64,000 bases of DNA from Trichosphaerium sp. ATCC 40318 (GCA_038496445.1 JALMLS010000356.1:1-64000), one strand, 5' to 3'; shown: positions 14,828 to 26,884, counted from the stretch's first letter. The notes: generated by a model not told the origin, from the sequence alone. Made by a program: numbers and translations.

Positions 14828-15144
14828 TAAAACCAAATCTATCCCAACTACAACAACAACTCTAATTAAAATAGCAATACAAATAACTATACTTTCGCAT
14901 TTGTCCTCATGGCATTGACTGTTGCCTTGGCGGTCCAATCTAACGATATCAGCGAAAGGAGCCAAAAGAGCAACTGAGGTAAGTCAAAAACGCTACTCCA
15001 TAGTGTTATCTACAAATGACTAACTCTATCATTTAGCAAGGTCCATTACTTTGTGGTGAATCATGTGATGAAAATGGATGGTGTCCTCCTGGATGGAGAA
15101 GACGTGGTCGTGAAAAACGTGGTCAATGTACGTGAAAAAAGAAA
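14828..15144 (+). pseudogene. Inverted, truncated copy of the 10369-10802 peptide gene
   Basis: Near-identical to exons 1-2 and upstream region. ATG is lost (aatacaaata vs aatgaaaata), there are 1-nt indels, and homology stops inside intron 2. Confidence 0.85.
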
Positions 15145-15353
15145 CCACTACTGAATTTGTTCGCTTGAATACAGACTTTGATCGCCCTTGTAAACAACAT
15201 AATAAACATTTATTCTGTTTTCTATTGAGCGTATGTGAACAATCAATTTAATCAACATAAGTGTCTATGATATCCTATACCAAAGGCTCATTTACATTGC
15301 ATTTAAACACACAATTGTATAGTACAACAAGTGAAAAGTGCTGACAGAAAGTG

Positions 15354-16130
15354 TTATTTTGCAATGCTCTTTTTGCTTTTTTTCCAGGTGTACCATTTGT
15401 GACTCTTTTGCTTAACTTTGTTATGAACATAATGCGTTTCCTCTGTTAACAAACCTTCACAATCCCATGTCTTGTAATCTCCATGTAATCTACCATCAAC
15501 ATAATAACATTGTTGCTTTAAGTTACCATTATCATACCACTCTTTGTATTCACCTTGTTTCAATCCTTTTATGTAATGACAATGTATCTTTAATTGTCCA
15601 TCAACATACCTACTCTTGTATTCTCCTTCTGCTTTATCAATATCATCTAAACAATACTTGTGAAATGTCACAGTACCACTAGAATGCCAATACTTGTATT
15701 CCCTCATTTTTGATTGATTCTTTTCTTTAAATTCCTCAATCTCTCCTACTTCTTGGTTGTCACTAAAGTGACTTAGGTGTGGATTGACATATACAAGTTG
15801 TTCTCTTGGACGGCCATGTGCAGTAGTCTTTTTGTATTCTTCTTTTTCACCTTCAAAATAAAAACAATGCTCAACCATTACGCTATTCTCAAGCCATTTC
15901 TTATACTCTCCATGACGTCTTCCATGCTTCCAGTTTTCTTCAAACAAAATCTGTGGCTCACTGGTAAATTTACTTTGTTTTAGAAGTTTAATCCATTTCC
16001 CATGTTTTTTTAATTCAAAATCAAACCTTGTCGCAAATGCCAAGTGTTTTGATAAAAGAGGTAGTTTAAAATAAGCTTCAAAGTCCAAATCAGCTATATC
16101 TAAGAGTAATTCAACCGGCAAGTCCAACAA
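15354..16130 (-). CDS. F-box-like + MORN-variant repeat protein (no in-frame ATG found)
   Basis: LLDLPVELLLDIADLDFEAY N-terminus; GEYKEWYDNGNL-type repeats; paralogous to 21072 and 41533. Confidence 0.75.
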   Translation of the reverse strand: MLDLPVELLLDIADLDFEAYFKLPLLSKHLAFATRFDFELKKHGKWIKLLKQSKFTSEPQILFEENWKHGRRHGEYKKWLENSVMVEHCFYFEGEKEEYKKTTAHGRPREQLVYVNPHLSHFSDNQEVGEIEEFKEKNQSKMREYKYWHSSGTVTFHKYCLDDIDKAEGEYKSRYVDGQLKIHCHYIKGLKQGEYKEWYDNGNLKQQCYYVDGRLHGDYKTWDCEGLLTEETHYVHNKVKQKSHKWYTWKKSKKSIAK

Positions 16131-16150
16131 CTGACTGTACTATTACACAC

Positions 16151-18284
16151 ATGTGGCTTCTACTTACTATAGTGATTGTTTCGTTGTTTGTTTTCGCGAC
16201 TGTATACAAGAACTTGCGTAACAAAGCTATGAATCTTCCTCCAAGCCCTATAAGCCTACCAATTATCGGCCACGCTCATTTATGGACTAATATTAAGGAT
16301 ATGATCAAGTACAGAAACGAAAAACTTTATCCCAAAAAAAAGATCACGTGATACCGGAAGAATCGCTCATTCTTTTATCCCTAGGACTGCTATGGCGTTT
16401 TCAAATACTCTTGGTGGTATTTACAGCATGCAGTTTGGGAGTCAAACGGTAGGTTTTTTAAAACTAGCGCTTCATACTTTTTCACGTGCTTAGCGATAAT
16501 GCTCGAAGCTAGAACGGTACAAGGTAAAACTTATTTTGTCTTTTTAGATGATTTTTATTTGTGATCCAAAGCTGATAAAAGAGGCTTGTATTACGCACCG
16601 CGCAGTTATGTCTGACAGGTAAATCACATGTAGTAGTCTATGTTAACATAATATAGGCCACAGGACCTCAAAGGTCTGCGTCTTAATTATGTAAAAGATC
16701 CCCAATGTGGTAAGAAAATTTTCTTACTTTTCATGTGTTGATCCTGTTCGTTTCTCAAGGTATGGTCATTTCTGATCACAACGAATACCATCGAACTTAT
16801 AAGACTTTTTTTCAAAACCATTTGACCTCAGGCAAAGGCATGAAAGTACGATGAAGAGCCGAAATACAAAATTAAAACGTCTTTTATTTAGAAGGTTAAA
16901 TCAATTATTTCTTTTGAAATAAAAGATACCTTGGAAAGGTTGGCAAAATGTGCATCGAAAAATGAAGTGATCACTGGGAAGGATGTATCATACGCTCTAA
17001 CGTTTAATGTTATAACGACACTATTCCTAAATAAGAGAGGATGGAATCATCCGAACAAAGATATTGCTGATGTTTTCCATGTTACAGCCGAAGTTGTTGA
17101 TTCTGTTTTGATGCCATTTCTGGAAGACTTATACGCTCCGTTCGCTCTATTCGATAAACAAAGGGTATCTGAGAGAATCTATCACTACTTAATAATGTCA
17201 GCGTAGGTCAAAGATTTTACAGAGCTGATTAAGAGAAGAGATGCTCTTTTTCTTCGAATTTTAGAACCAGAACGTAAAACATTCAAACAAGGTGTCACAC
17301 GTCACTGGTTGGATATTATATTTTCAGAGCTTCCTGAGAAGACAAATGAAGTACTTGTACCTTTTATGTCAGAAATAATTGCAGGAGGATTTGATACAAC
17401 TGCACATGCTCTTCAAACGTATGTGACATAAACCTTTTTTTCGAAAATTTGCTTTGATGCTTTTCTTCACCCTAACGTAAACTATTTTCATTGTAATAAG
17501 TAGTGTTATACATGCACTTTTCCTCAACAAGTACTTCCAGAAAGAGAAACGCAAATCTAAGCTTTTTATGAAGAAAAAAATTGTCAGATCTGATTTTTGT
17601 TTTTCTTACTATTTTCTAGTTCTGTTACTATTCTAGCTAAATACCCAGACATCCAAGAAAAACTTAGAGAAGCTGTCAAGGATATCAATGTAGATGAAAC
17701 TCCCTTGAAGGTACTCTATCTAGGACATGAGTCTCAATTATCTCACACTTGTAGGATCTTCAAAATATTCCGTATCTCAGAAATTTCGTATTTGAGGTTT
17801 TCAGGATCAAACCGATTTTACCTCTTCTTGTTGTTCATAAAGCAAGAGAACAAGTTGAATTAGGAGGATACACTATACCTAAAAACGTATGTCATTATAT
17901 AAATTCTCTAAGAGTTAACCGTTTGGAGGTAAACAGGCGATAATACAACTCGTACATCAATACGAATGCAAAAGTGAAAAACTCTGGAAGAATCCAGAAG
18001 AATTTGATCCTTCTCGATGGGATGATCCTCCACTGAATATCTACCCATTTGGGTACGTACTAATCACTATAGAGTATCATAATCTAAACGATTTATTTTA
18101 AAGGCAAGGAGTAAGACGTTGTCCTGGAGAAAGAATTGGAAAGATTATTTTGTTCAAAGCTGTTTCTTCTTTTGTTCAAAAATTCTCTTGGAAAGAAACA
18201 GAAGTACCAAACTCAATGGATGTGGAATATGCAAGTATTAATAAATTTGTAAATGAACCACGGTTCTATGCACAAGTACTATAA
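16151..18284 (+). CDS. Cytochrome P450
   Basis: N-terminal anchor and PPSP hinge; I-helix AGGFDTT; K-helix EVFR; FDPSRW; heme motif PFGQGVRRCPG split by an intron. Confidence 0.93.
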
Positions 18285-18689
18285 AAGGTCACGTGCATTG
18301 AATCAATCAATAACCAAAATAAATACTGCTAAAAGAAAAAGCAATCTCCATTCAGTCAATGAATTTGATTGGTATTCCACTGGTCATTTCCAAACAAAGT
18401 TTGCATTCTCATTGTTTATGCCATGCATACGCCATTAGTAGCATAATTGCATTTGCTACTAACTTAATGTGAGGTGCGTTGAGTGCATTGACATCCGGCA
18501 TCACAAACAACAGTTGTCATGATATGTCCCAGCTTGCCTGGTATTATTCTTAACAAGCTACTGCATTGCGGATTATAATCAAGTAAATACTGTTCCATCT
18601 TGGTATCAATGGAAATCAGACTTTTGTGGTTAAGGGTAGCCTTTTTTCATCGAAATGAAATGTTTTTTTTGTGTTCATTAAATGCAAGC

Positions 18690-19163
18690 ATGCAATTGCT
18701 CGTTAAATACACAATTGGTTCACGTACGATCACAGTAGAAGTAGAACCTACAGACACAATAGCGCATTTAAGGCTAAAAATACATGAAAAGACTGGAAGA
18801 GCTCCGAGTAGCTTTCACCTGAAGCTTTCAAAGCTTTCAGGCTATGTAAACGATGAAATTACGTTAGAAGAGTGTAAATTGGTTGCAGGCTCCACAATTC
18901 TGCTGTATCCCAATCTATACGGTGCTGGCGGCTATGATATTAATTTACAGCTACCTACAGGACTTATAAAGGAAGTTCACTTGTTTTACTTTGCAACGAC
19001 TGGGGACCTGATTGATGCTGCTGATTGTGCGCCAAAAAGTACTACTGGACGTCTAGAAGTGTTTTTAGGCGATGTCAAACTGAACTCCATACATGCTTTA
19101 GTAAAGCAAGGTGTAGTACATAAAAAGTCAACTGTACGGATAGTTGAAGTGGATAATGTATAA
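18690..19163 (+). CDS. Intronless ubiquitin-like protein, probably two tandem Ubl domains
   Basis: MQLLVK...TITVEVEPTDTIAHLRLKIHEKTG...TLEECKLVAGSTILL is ubiquitin-like; then LYGAGG and a second, more diverged beta-grasp-like unit. Confidence 0.75.
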   Translation: MQLLVKYTIGSRTITVEVEPTDTIAHLRLKIHEKTGRAPSSFHLKLSKLSGYVNDEITLEECKLVAGSTILLYPNLYGAGGYDINLQLPTGLIKEVHLFYFATTGDLIDAADCAPKSTTGRLEVFLGDVKLNSIHALVKQGVVHKKSTVRIVEVDNV

Positions 19164-19794
19164 ATAAATGATAAAAAGACGAAATGAAGTATTTTTTTGA
19201 CGTCTTAAATAAGAACAAAGTCCACGTGATTTTACAGTTATGTGACGTTTTTAACAATGAATTATGAACAATGTTTACACTATCATATTCACTAGACTTT
19301 AGAGAAAGGCTAATTCTAAGTTCTTCAGCCAATAATGGCAAAACAAAGGTATGGTTTGATTAAACTGTGAACGCCCATCTTGTTGTCCATTATGAATACT
19401 TATGAATATTCGAATAAAGTGACAACAACATAGCTGCTTCAAACCAAAAGCTCCTCAAAAGCCTGAGTCACCAAATGCCGTGAATATTCATGAATCTTTA
19501 CGAATAAGCAATGTGGGACAATGGATATGAATATTGCTTGTTTTCATAACGCAAGAACACCATCTTCGTAGCGACAGAAAACTCGCAAATTTTAGTTACC
19601 TGAAAGTGGACAGTACAGCGTAGACATTTTGTCACGCCTCCTCGCTCGTAAAACAACATTTGGAGAAGTTTATCTTGTTGCTTGGTCGCGGAAGTAGGAG
19701 ACACTCACTTGTTTACAAAAACCGAAAACCAAAAAAAAGTCTGCGAATCGTAGTCATTGCGCTTCCTTTTTTACTTGCGATAAAGCACCTGAAG

Positions 19795-20889
19795 ATGAGC
19801 AATCTCACCCCAATCACATCCATACTACCTCTAGAGCTTGTAGTCGCTGTTCTAAGCTTTATAGACGATAAACACATGGACATCGTAGCGCGTGCATGTA
19901 GTTTATTTAACAGTGTCGCAATTACGCACTTGGGGTATCCGAGACTACGACAGAGAGTTCAAATTGACAAGTTGAGCGACTTAGAAAGACTGCACAAAGA
20001 AGCGCCTAGATTGATTAAAATAGCAAGGATTACCGTTAGTACACCACTTAAATTCTCATACGCAAAGTACCTGGAAGGAGTACATACAGTCGATATCAGC
20101 CATGTTACCAGCGATAATGAGGCCATAGCAGCACTCGCTGGTGTTCATACTATTGCTATTAGCGGTTCTGGCACGAATGATGAAGCTGTCAAAGCGCTAG
20201 CTGGTGTTCATTCGATTGATCTTAGTTTTTGCAAAAAGGTGACAGATGAAGGCATCAAAGCTCTTAAAGGTGTTCATACAATAGACCTTAGCTATACCGC
20301 TGTGACAGATGAAGGTATTAAAGCACTCAAGGGCGTATATAACATAAACCTTGCGGTCACTAAAGTGAAGAATGTAAACGTGCTAGCAGGTGTTCACACA
20401 ATCGATTTGACTGATAGTAAAGTTACAGATGAAGATATAATACCACTCGCAGGTGTTCATGAAATAGACCTGAAAAGAACCCTAGTTACTGATTTATGCA
20501 TCAAGGCCTTGAAGGGTGTTCATACTATAGGCCTTGAACAAACAAGAGTGACTGATGATGGTATTAAAGAACTCAAAGGAGTTCATAGTATCAATCTCAA
20601 CAAAACTGGTGTTACAGATGAAGGCATCACAGCTTTAGCAGGCGTTCATGCCATATGCCTTGCCAGCACTGAAGTGACGGGTGAAGGTGTTAAAGTTCTC
20701 AAAGGTGTACACACAATAGACCTTTCATCTACAAAAGTAACAGATGAAGGAGTACTTGGACTTTGCCCTGAATTACGCAGTCTTAGAATTCTTGATACAA
20801 ATGTGACTGATGATTGTGTTTACTACAAGCTAGAGGATGTATTCAATGTTGACGTCACAACCTGCCTTGGTCTTTTTGATGACGATTGA
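19795..20889 (+). CDS. Intronless F-box + LRR protein (GVHxIxL repeats)
   Basis: ILPLELVVAVLSFID...VARACSLF F-box; about 11 repeats of GVHTIDLSxTxVTDEGIKAL. Confidence 0.9.
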   Translation: MSNLTPITSILPLELVVAVLSFIDDKHMDIVARACSLFNSVAITHLGYPRLRQRVQIDKLSDLERLHKEAPRLIKIARITVSTPLKFSYAKYLEGVHTVDISHVTSDNEAIAALAGVHTIAISGSGTNDEAVKALAGVHSIDLSFCKKVTDEGIKALKGVHTIDLSYTAVTDEGIKALKGVYNINLAVTKVKNVNVLAGVHTIDLTDSKVTDEDIIPLAGVHEIDLKRTLVTDLCIKALKGVHTIGLEQTRVTDDGIKELKGVHSINLNKTGVTDEGITALAGVHAICLASTEVTGEGVKVLKGVHTIDLSSTKVTDEGVLGLCPELRSLRILDTNVTDDCVYYKLEDVFNVDVTTCLGLFDDD

Positions 20890-21071
20890 GAAGTGGTTTC
20901 ATGTCCAAATATCAAAAAAACCAACATCCCATTGCAACCACAATGCAGTTGTTCGAATATCAGAATTCACAGCGACACCATCCAAATATATTGAGCGTTT
21001 CACGCTGGCGATTAACCAGCTTTGAATAGTTATTCTTTGTACCACCAAACTCTTTTAAATGCGGTTGGTTT

Positions 21072-21731
21072 CTATGTACTACCATTTATATAATGCCGTT
21101 GTAAATAAAGCTCTCCATCATTCCACCAACACTTGTATTCACCTTCTTTTACTCCGTTTACATAATTGTATTGTGTTGACAGTTGTCCGTTTTCATACCA
21201 TTCCTTGACCTCTCCATCAAGTTGACCTTTAGAGAAATAACATTGTTTCTGTAAAGTACCATTCCTATACCACGTTTTGAACTCTCGTTTTCCATTGATA
21301 TCATTGTATTTCCTCATTAGTTGGCCATTATCATACCAGTATTTTGAATCGCCTTGAATACAATTCTTAACAAAAGTATACTGTCTTGACAGTTGCCCAT
21401 TTTTGTACCAACTCTTGAACTCCCCTTCTAGTATGTCATTGGAATAATGACTTACTTCTTTCAATTGGCTGTCATTGTACCATACCATACGTTTGTTTGT
21501 ACCAAGATTACCGTGGTTCCAATATTGAATTTTTTGGGTTTGGTAGCCAGTTTTAGTTTTTTTTTTCTTCACCCATTTTCCATGTTTTTTGAGGTCACCA
21601 TCATACCTTGTATTTATTGCAGCCTGTTTAGATAATAGAGGCCATTTACAGTATATTTCAAAGTCCAAGTCAATGATATCAAGTTGTAGCTCAACTGGAA
21701 GATACAACAGACTGTCCGTATTCAAATTCAT
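21072..21731 (-). CDS. Intronless F-box-like + MORN-variant repeat protein
   Basis: LLYLPVELQLDIIDLDFEIYCKWPLLSK; GEFKSWYKNGQL-type repeats. Confidence 0.88.
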   Translation of the reverse strand: MNLNTDSLLYLPVELQLDIIDLDFEIYCKWPLLSKQAAINTRYDGDLKKHGKWVKKKKTKTGYQTQKIQYWNHGNLGTNKRMVWYNDSQLKEVSHYSNDILEGEFKSWYKNGQLSRQYTFVKNCIQGDSKYWYDNGQLMRKYNDINGKREFKTWYRNGTLQKQCYFSKGQLDGEVKEWYENGQLSTQYNYVNGVKEGEYKCWWNDGELYLQRHYINGST

Positions 21732-22669
21732 TGCTGTGTTCTACAGTATTTATTAGCTATCATTAATGGCGTCTGGTTATTTCAACAAAGAGTAAGAAAA
21801 ACGTTTATTTTCAAAGGCGTACACTGCGTTTTGATGCCATTTGTGGTTATGTTGACTGGATGTTTGGTTTTATGAATTAATGTTAAGCTGTACTGAAGTT
21901 AAGTTTATTGTTGTTTGTTAAGGCAGGTCATAGAACAAAGCGCCCAAAAGTCGCATTCTCTTCCCCTGAAGATTGTTTCTGCCGTACTATGTCGATGAAT
22001 TCCTGTAAGTTAACTTAATTGTAATGTGGTTTTTTTTCGAACAAGAATACATCGGTATACTGTTGAGAAGGAACTTATTGCACAATAAATTTATTTTATT
22101 TTTATACAATGTAAATACAAACAAACCTGTAACAAAACCATATGTAATAAAGTAGGCGCTAGCGCGCTGCCTCTTATTCTAAAAAAAAAAATTGTTTTTT
22201 TCGAACTAGCTAGTTACCATAAACACGAATTCGTTGGTAAGTTTTTTTCGCGAATAAGATGAACAATAGGACTACCCAACAATTTAAACTAGCCTAGTAT
22301 TTATGGAGTAGAAGGGTGATATAGTTTGGCTCGAAGCGTCTAATACTGTCTTACAATTTCTGAGAAAAACTTAAGTTTTAGTTTTTTGCTGAAAAACCTT
22401 TTGTACTTTTACCAGTGATTGTCTACTAACGGCTTTCAATATCGGCTTAGCCATGTGGAACTAAACAAAATTCCAAGTGGCTCGGCGCAAGCTTGGTTTG
22501 AAGTTTACCAATCGAAATTGTCAACGTCTGAAACGAAAGACTGTAAACAGTCCGAACAAGACCAAGCGAAAGAACCTTTAAAAAAACCAGGAAAAACCCA
22601 ATAGGAGGATTAATCGGGTCAAATCCAAGCACCATCCAGTCTTCATAAGTCGTACTTTTTAAATAGGTA

Positions 22670-24406
22670 ATGGAACCGGGAGATAGCAAAAAAACACCAA
22701 ACGAGCATCATTTTGTGGAATTGAACCATGATGTTTTATTAAACATCTTTTTCTACTCTTCAGAAGATGATATACGCCTGTCAGTAGCCCTAGTGTGTCA
22801 AGTACAACGAAACAATTGATTTTTATTAAAAACGACCACAAACGCACGGTATAGCGTAAACGTACTTATATTGATAGTTTTGGAGAGATGTGGCGACATC
22901 TGATGCTGTGTGGAAAAAAATCGCTTTAGAACACTTCGAGTCATCAACAAAGGTGCGCGATGAATGTCATACGAGTATATGAAGCCGTTTATATCACTTT
23001 TACTCTAAAACCAACTCGGTTTTTCCTGGTTCAGCAAATTTTTTTTGGGCGGTTCTCGGCCAAGATGTGGTTCTCAGTTAGTTTAGCTTTTGCCTTTGAA
23101 ACCCGGTAAATCTTGGTATGATAGGTGCTGTGATATAGAAAGCAGTAGTATGGAACACTTTGATTGTACAGAACAGGATTTTGAAGAAGGTTAGTTACTC
23201 TGAGAGCCAAAAAAAAAAAAGGTCTTTTGGTATTTTAGTTTGTAGGCTTTTTTGAGTGTTGTGATCACAAGGCTGTTTTCTTTGTTTTGTGACAACCATA
23301 TTAATCCAGTTAATTTAGCTGAATCTTTACACTACGAAACAATAACTTCAACATCTATAGATGTTGGTGAACCAGAAGAAGTTATTAACTATTCTGTACC
23401 ACAACATATCGTATCTTCTGTAGGTATTGATAGGATCCACTTGGCAGCTTTGACTTTGACTATGGTTTCAACTCATTGTGATATTATATTAACTGCAGAT
23501 ACTGATGCAAAGCCAATAAGCATCACAAGCAAAGAGTACGACACTTCAGAAAGAAAACAGCCCTGAATTACAACTTTAATGAACCTTGTTCTTTTTAGTA
23601 CATGATTGCCGTTTTATAACTGTTTATAGGGCTATTTATGCTGCTTTCAATGACAGGTTCACTGAGTTTTTTAAAAAAGAAGATAATGTTGAACCATCTG
23701 ATATTGGTGTATCACCACTTCTTTCCAATGACGATCCTGATGAAAAAAAATCAGATTCTGAAGATGACAACCCATATGCTTATGATTCAGGATTTAATAA
23801 ACTTGAATCAGGGCCTTTTATTTACCCTGAAAGGGCACATGCGACAGGTAGTAATTAAGTGCTTATACTTGAATGGTCAAATGAAGAAATTGATTTTTTT
23901 TGTTGTAGGTGTTAAAGGATCATGTGATGAAAAACGTTTGAAATCTTTTTTTGGTGATGAGGTAACACTTGATGATTTTGATATAAGATGTTACTCTTCT
24001 CAGTTATCAATACGTGAGATTTGCGGTAATTATTGGATTGAAGAAAATGACAGTGTACGTACCAAGGTTAAATATTCTGTTTTTTTCGAATTTGGAACAA
24101 AAAAAATCACGTGATTTTCTTTTCTCTTGTAGTCTACGTGTGGTTTTTTTGACGAGTAGGCTACTTGTGTTTGTATTTTTCACACGTAGCTATTTTACAT
24201 TTACGTGCTGTACAAGTAGCGATGAGAACCGTTTTATTTCTTCATCTAGACTGTTTGCTTTACTAATTTTTTTGGGTGATTAGTGGTGTCCTGCTTTCTT
24301 TGATGCTGGATCCAGAATTCATTGTACAAACTATGTTAGCTCTTTCTTTGACAAGAGAAGTAATACCATATCTGTCATAGTATCTGATACAAAAGATTAC
24401 TGTTAA
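22670..24406 (+). CDS. Multi-exon F-box protein with unrecognised C-terminal region
   Basis: Spliced N-terminus FVELNHDVLLNIFFY...SVALVCQFWRDVATSDAVWK is a canonical F-box; downstream exons join in frame to TAA 24404-24406. Start may lie further upstream. Confidence 0.7.
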
Positions 24407-24695
24407 TGATCCTCTCCATTTGTTTTCGTGTAAGAATAAATAACTAAAGTAATAGTGTTTTAGACAATTTTTGCTAGAACCATATCGAGAACTTTGTAGT
24501 TTTTTTTTAGGCTTGCTGGCCGGAGAAATAATGAAACTTAGCATGGAAACCACGTGATGGGTTCTTCACGTACCTTACTACGTTTTACTGGGCAATCGAC
24601 TGTACTTGACTGAACATGCGTGCGAGGTTTTATGTCGATGAATGACCACCTAATCTCAAAGTTTAGGTTGGCTGTCTGCCATAATACCAAGTTAA

Positions 24696-26602
24696 ATGGG
24701 TAATTCTACGCACAGAGAAATTGGACAAACAACTTTTGGTGATGGCACTAGATACGCTGGTGAATTTATAAATTACAAAATAGATGGATTCGGCGAGTAT
24801 ACGTGGCCAGATGGGTCCAAATATGTTGGCGAATTTAAAGCTAACAAATTAGATGGCAACGGAGAGAAGACATGGCCAGATGGGACCAAGTATGTTGGCG
24901 AATTTAAAGATAACAAATTAAACGGCAAAGGAGTGTATACATGGCCAGATGGGTCTAAATATGTTGGTGAATTTAAAGATGACAACCGTAAAAACGGAGA
25001 GTTCACGTGGCCAAATGGGTCAAAATATGTTGGCGAATTTTCAGATGACAACCGCGGCGGAAAAGGAGAATATACATGGCCAAACGGGACCAAGTATGTT
25101 GGCGAATTTAAGGATAACAAACTAGACGGTAAAGGAGAGAAGACATGGCCAGATGGGTCAAAGTATGTTGGAGAATTTAAAGATGACAATTTCGTAAACT
25201 CTGGCTGTGTTTATTTCCCTAATGGTACGATATGGAAATTCGAATGGGTATTGAATGAGCAGATGGAGGATTGTGAAATAACATTCCCGGGTGAGAGAAC
25301 AATTGAAGCAAAATGGAGAAAAGCTGAAAGCAAGTTGATAACTTTTCTTGATGAATACAAAGCAACACTCAACCTTACATGTGAGGCTCCAACGCTCTCG
25401 TATATTGGAAGAAATAAGTCAATATCACCGTCAAACTGGACATGCAATCAGGTACTGTATGTACTCAACAAGATTGAATCAAAGCTTGTTGATATATTGG
25501 AAGGGCAATATTTGAGGTACTAGTATGAATTAGCAGGTCATTGACATTCTTTACATAGTGGCAAGGACTTCTTGGCATTGGACAAAACAACACTTGTGTC
25601 ATTGCTTAAGGTACCCTTAGGGTACGCAAACAAACTTCTAGACTACATTGTGGACCTGAAACAAGGTACTAAAACCGTTTGAACTTTTGTTGACCTTTAC
25701 AAATAGGGTCCTGTCATCAATATCAATCAACACTTTTTGAACAAGGTAGGCACCCGTTCGTGGTATACTTGTATATTCACATTCTTATAGTACCTAAAAA
25801 CTCAAAAGAGTTTAAAGACTTGGAAAAAGAAGTTAAAGCAGCAACAAACAATCATATTGAAGTTTACATTCCACCACTCCAACCCAAACCACTTATTTTC
25901 ATCCTTACTGGTGCTCGCCGTATTCATAACCCCAAACTCAGGTATAATACACAACGTTGTTTTATCTGAAGATTATATCTTAGAGACGCATATGAAAACA
26001 TGAAGCAACAATTAAACGGAGATAATAGTGAGTTCATTGGATTTCATGGCACTTCACCCTCAAACTTGGAGAGTATTTGCAAGTACGATTCCACGTGATA
26101 GATCTTATCAATATGTGAACTAACTAGTGTATAGAAGCGGGTTACTTCCTATTGGTCACAACAAAAACAACAGCAACGCAACTGATAGCGGTGCGTGTAA
26201 GTTTTCGGTTGTCTTCTGCTAAAATACAGTCAAAAAAGGATGGTTCGGCGACTGTACAAAGGGCATCTATGTTTCGCGATACATGGATTACTGTCTTAAG
26301 TACTGTCGCCCAAATGGAAAACTCACGGCTGTGAAGCCAGGTGATACTGTTAGAGTGCTTATGTTTCGTGTGCTTCCAGGAAAAACCAACTACGTAAAAA
26401 AAGTATGTAAAAACAACAAAGTCAGTATTTGATTGTTTTTGTTTAGAAAACACCTGGACTGCAACCCACGCCTGGATATGATAGTAATAGCTCACCTCAA
26501 TACATGGAATGGTTTCTATACTCATCCAATCAGGCATTGCCTGTTTATGAACTCGAGATACGTGCTATGTACAACAGCCGTACAAAACAAGATGATCAAT
26601 AA
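24696..26602 (+). CDS. MORN repeats + SAM domain + PARP-type ADP-ribosyltransferase domain
   Basis: About seven 23-aa MORN repeats; SAM-like WTCNQVLYVL...LSGKDFLALDKTTL..LKVPLGYANKLL; ART motifs RIHNPKL, GFHGTS, WFG...GIYVS, LMFRVLPGK, GYDS, YMEWFLY, QALPVY. Confidence 0.85.
24735..25190 (+). repeat. 69-bp tandem MORN-coding repeats
   Basis: Recurrent tggcca(g/a)atggg...aa(a/g)tatgttggcgaattta at 69-bp spacing. Confidence 0.9.
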
Positions 26603-26834
26603 TATCTGAATAAAATTGTTCTAAAACAGCCTCAGTTTCATAGATCACCATGGACATGTCAAAAAATGTAATTTGTTCATACGTCAAAAGAAAATGGAGT
26701 AAACCATGTACGCCAAAAATTTGTACACTGAGTAACATAGCGCCCTTTTTTAACATTTATTTGTATCATATTCTTTTCTTGTCAACAACTTCATCAACAA
26801 ACTAGCATACACGTTTAATTCCATACAGCTTTGG

Positions 26835-26884
26835 ACGGAGATGCATAGGTTTCCGGAAACTTCTGGAAACCTATGCATCTCCGT
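26835..26884. repeat. 50-bp near-perfect palindrome
   Basis: acggagatgcataggtttcc-ggaa-ac-ttct-ggaaacctatgcatctccgt; perfect 20-bp outer arms. Confidence 0.95.

Noticed and set aside
15354-26602. Endogenous giant virus insertion
   Set aside because: No capsid, packaging ATPase, polymerase or other hallmark gene; virus-like genes alternate with intron-rich host genes.
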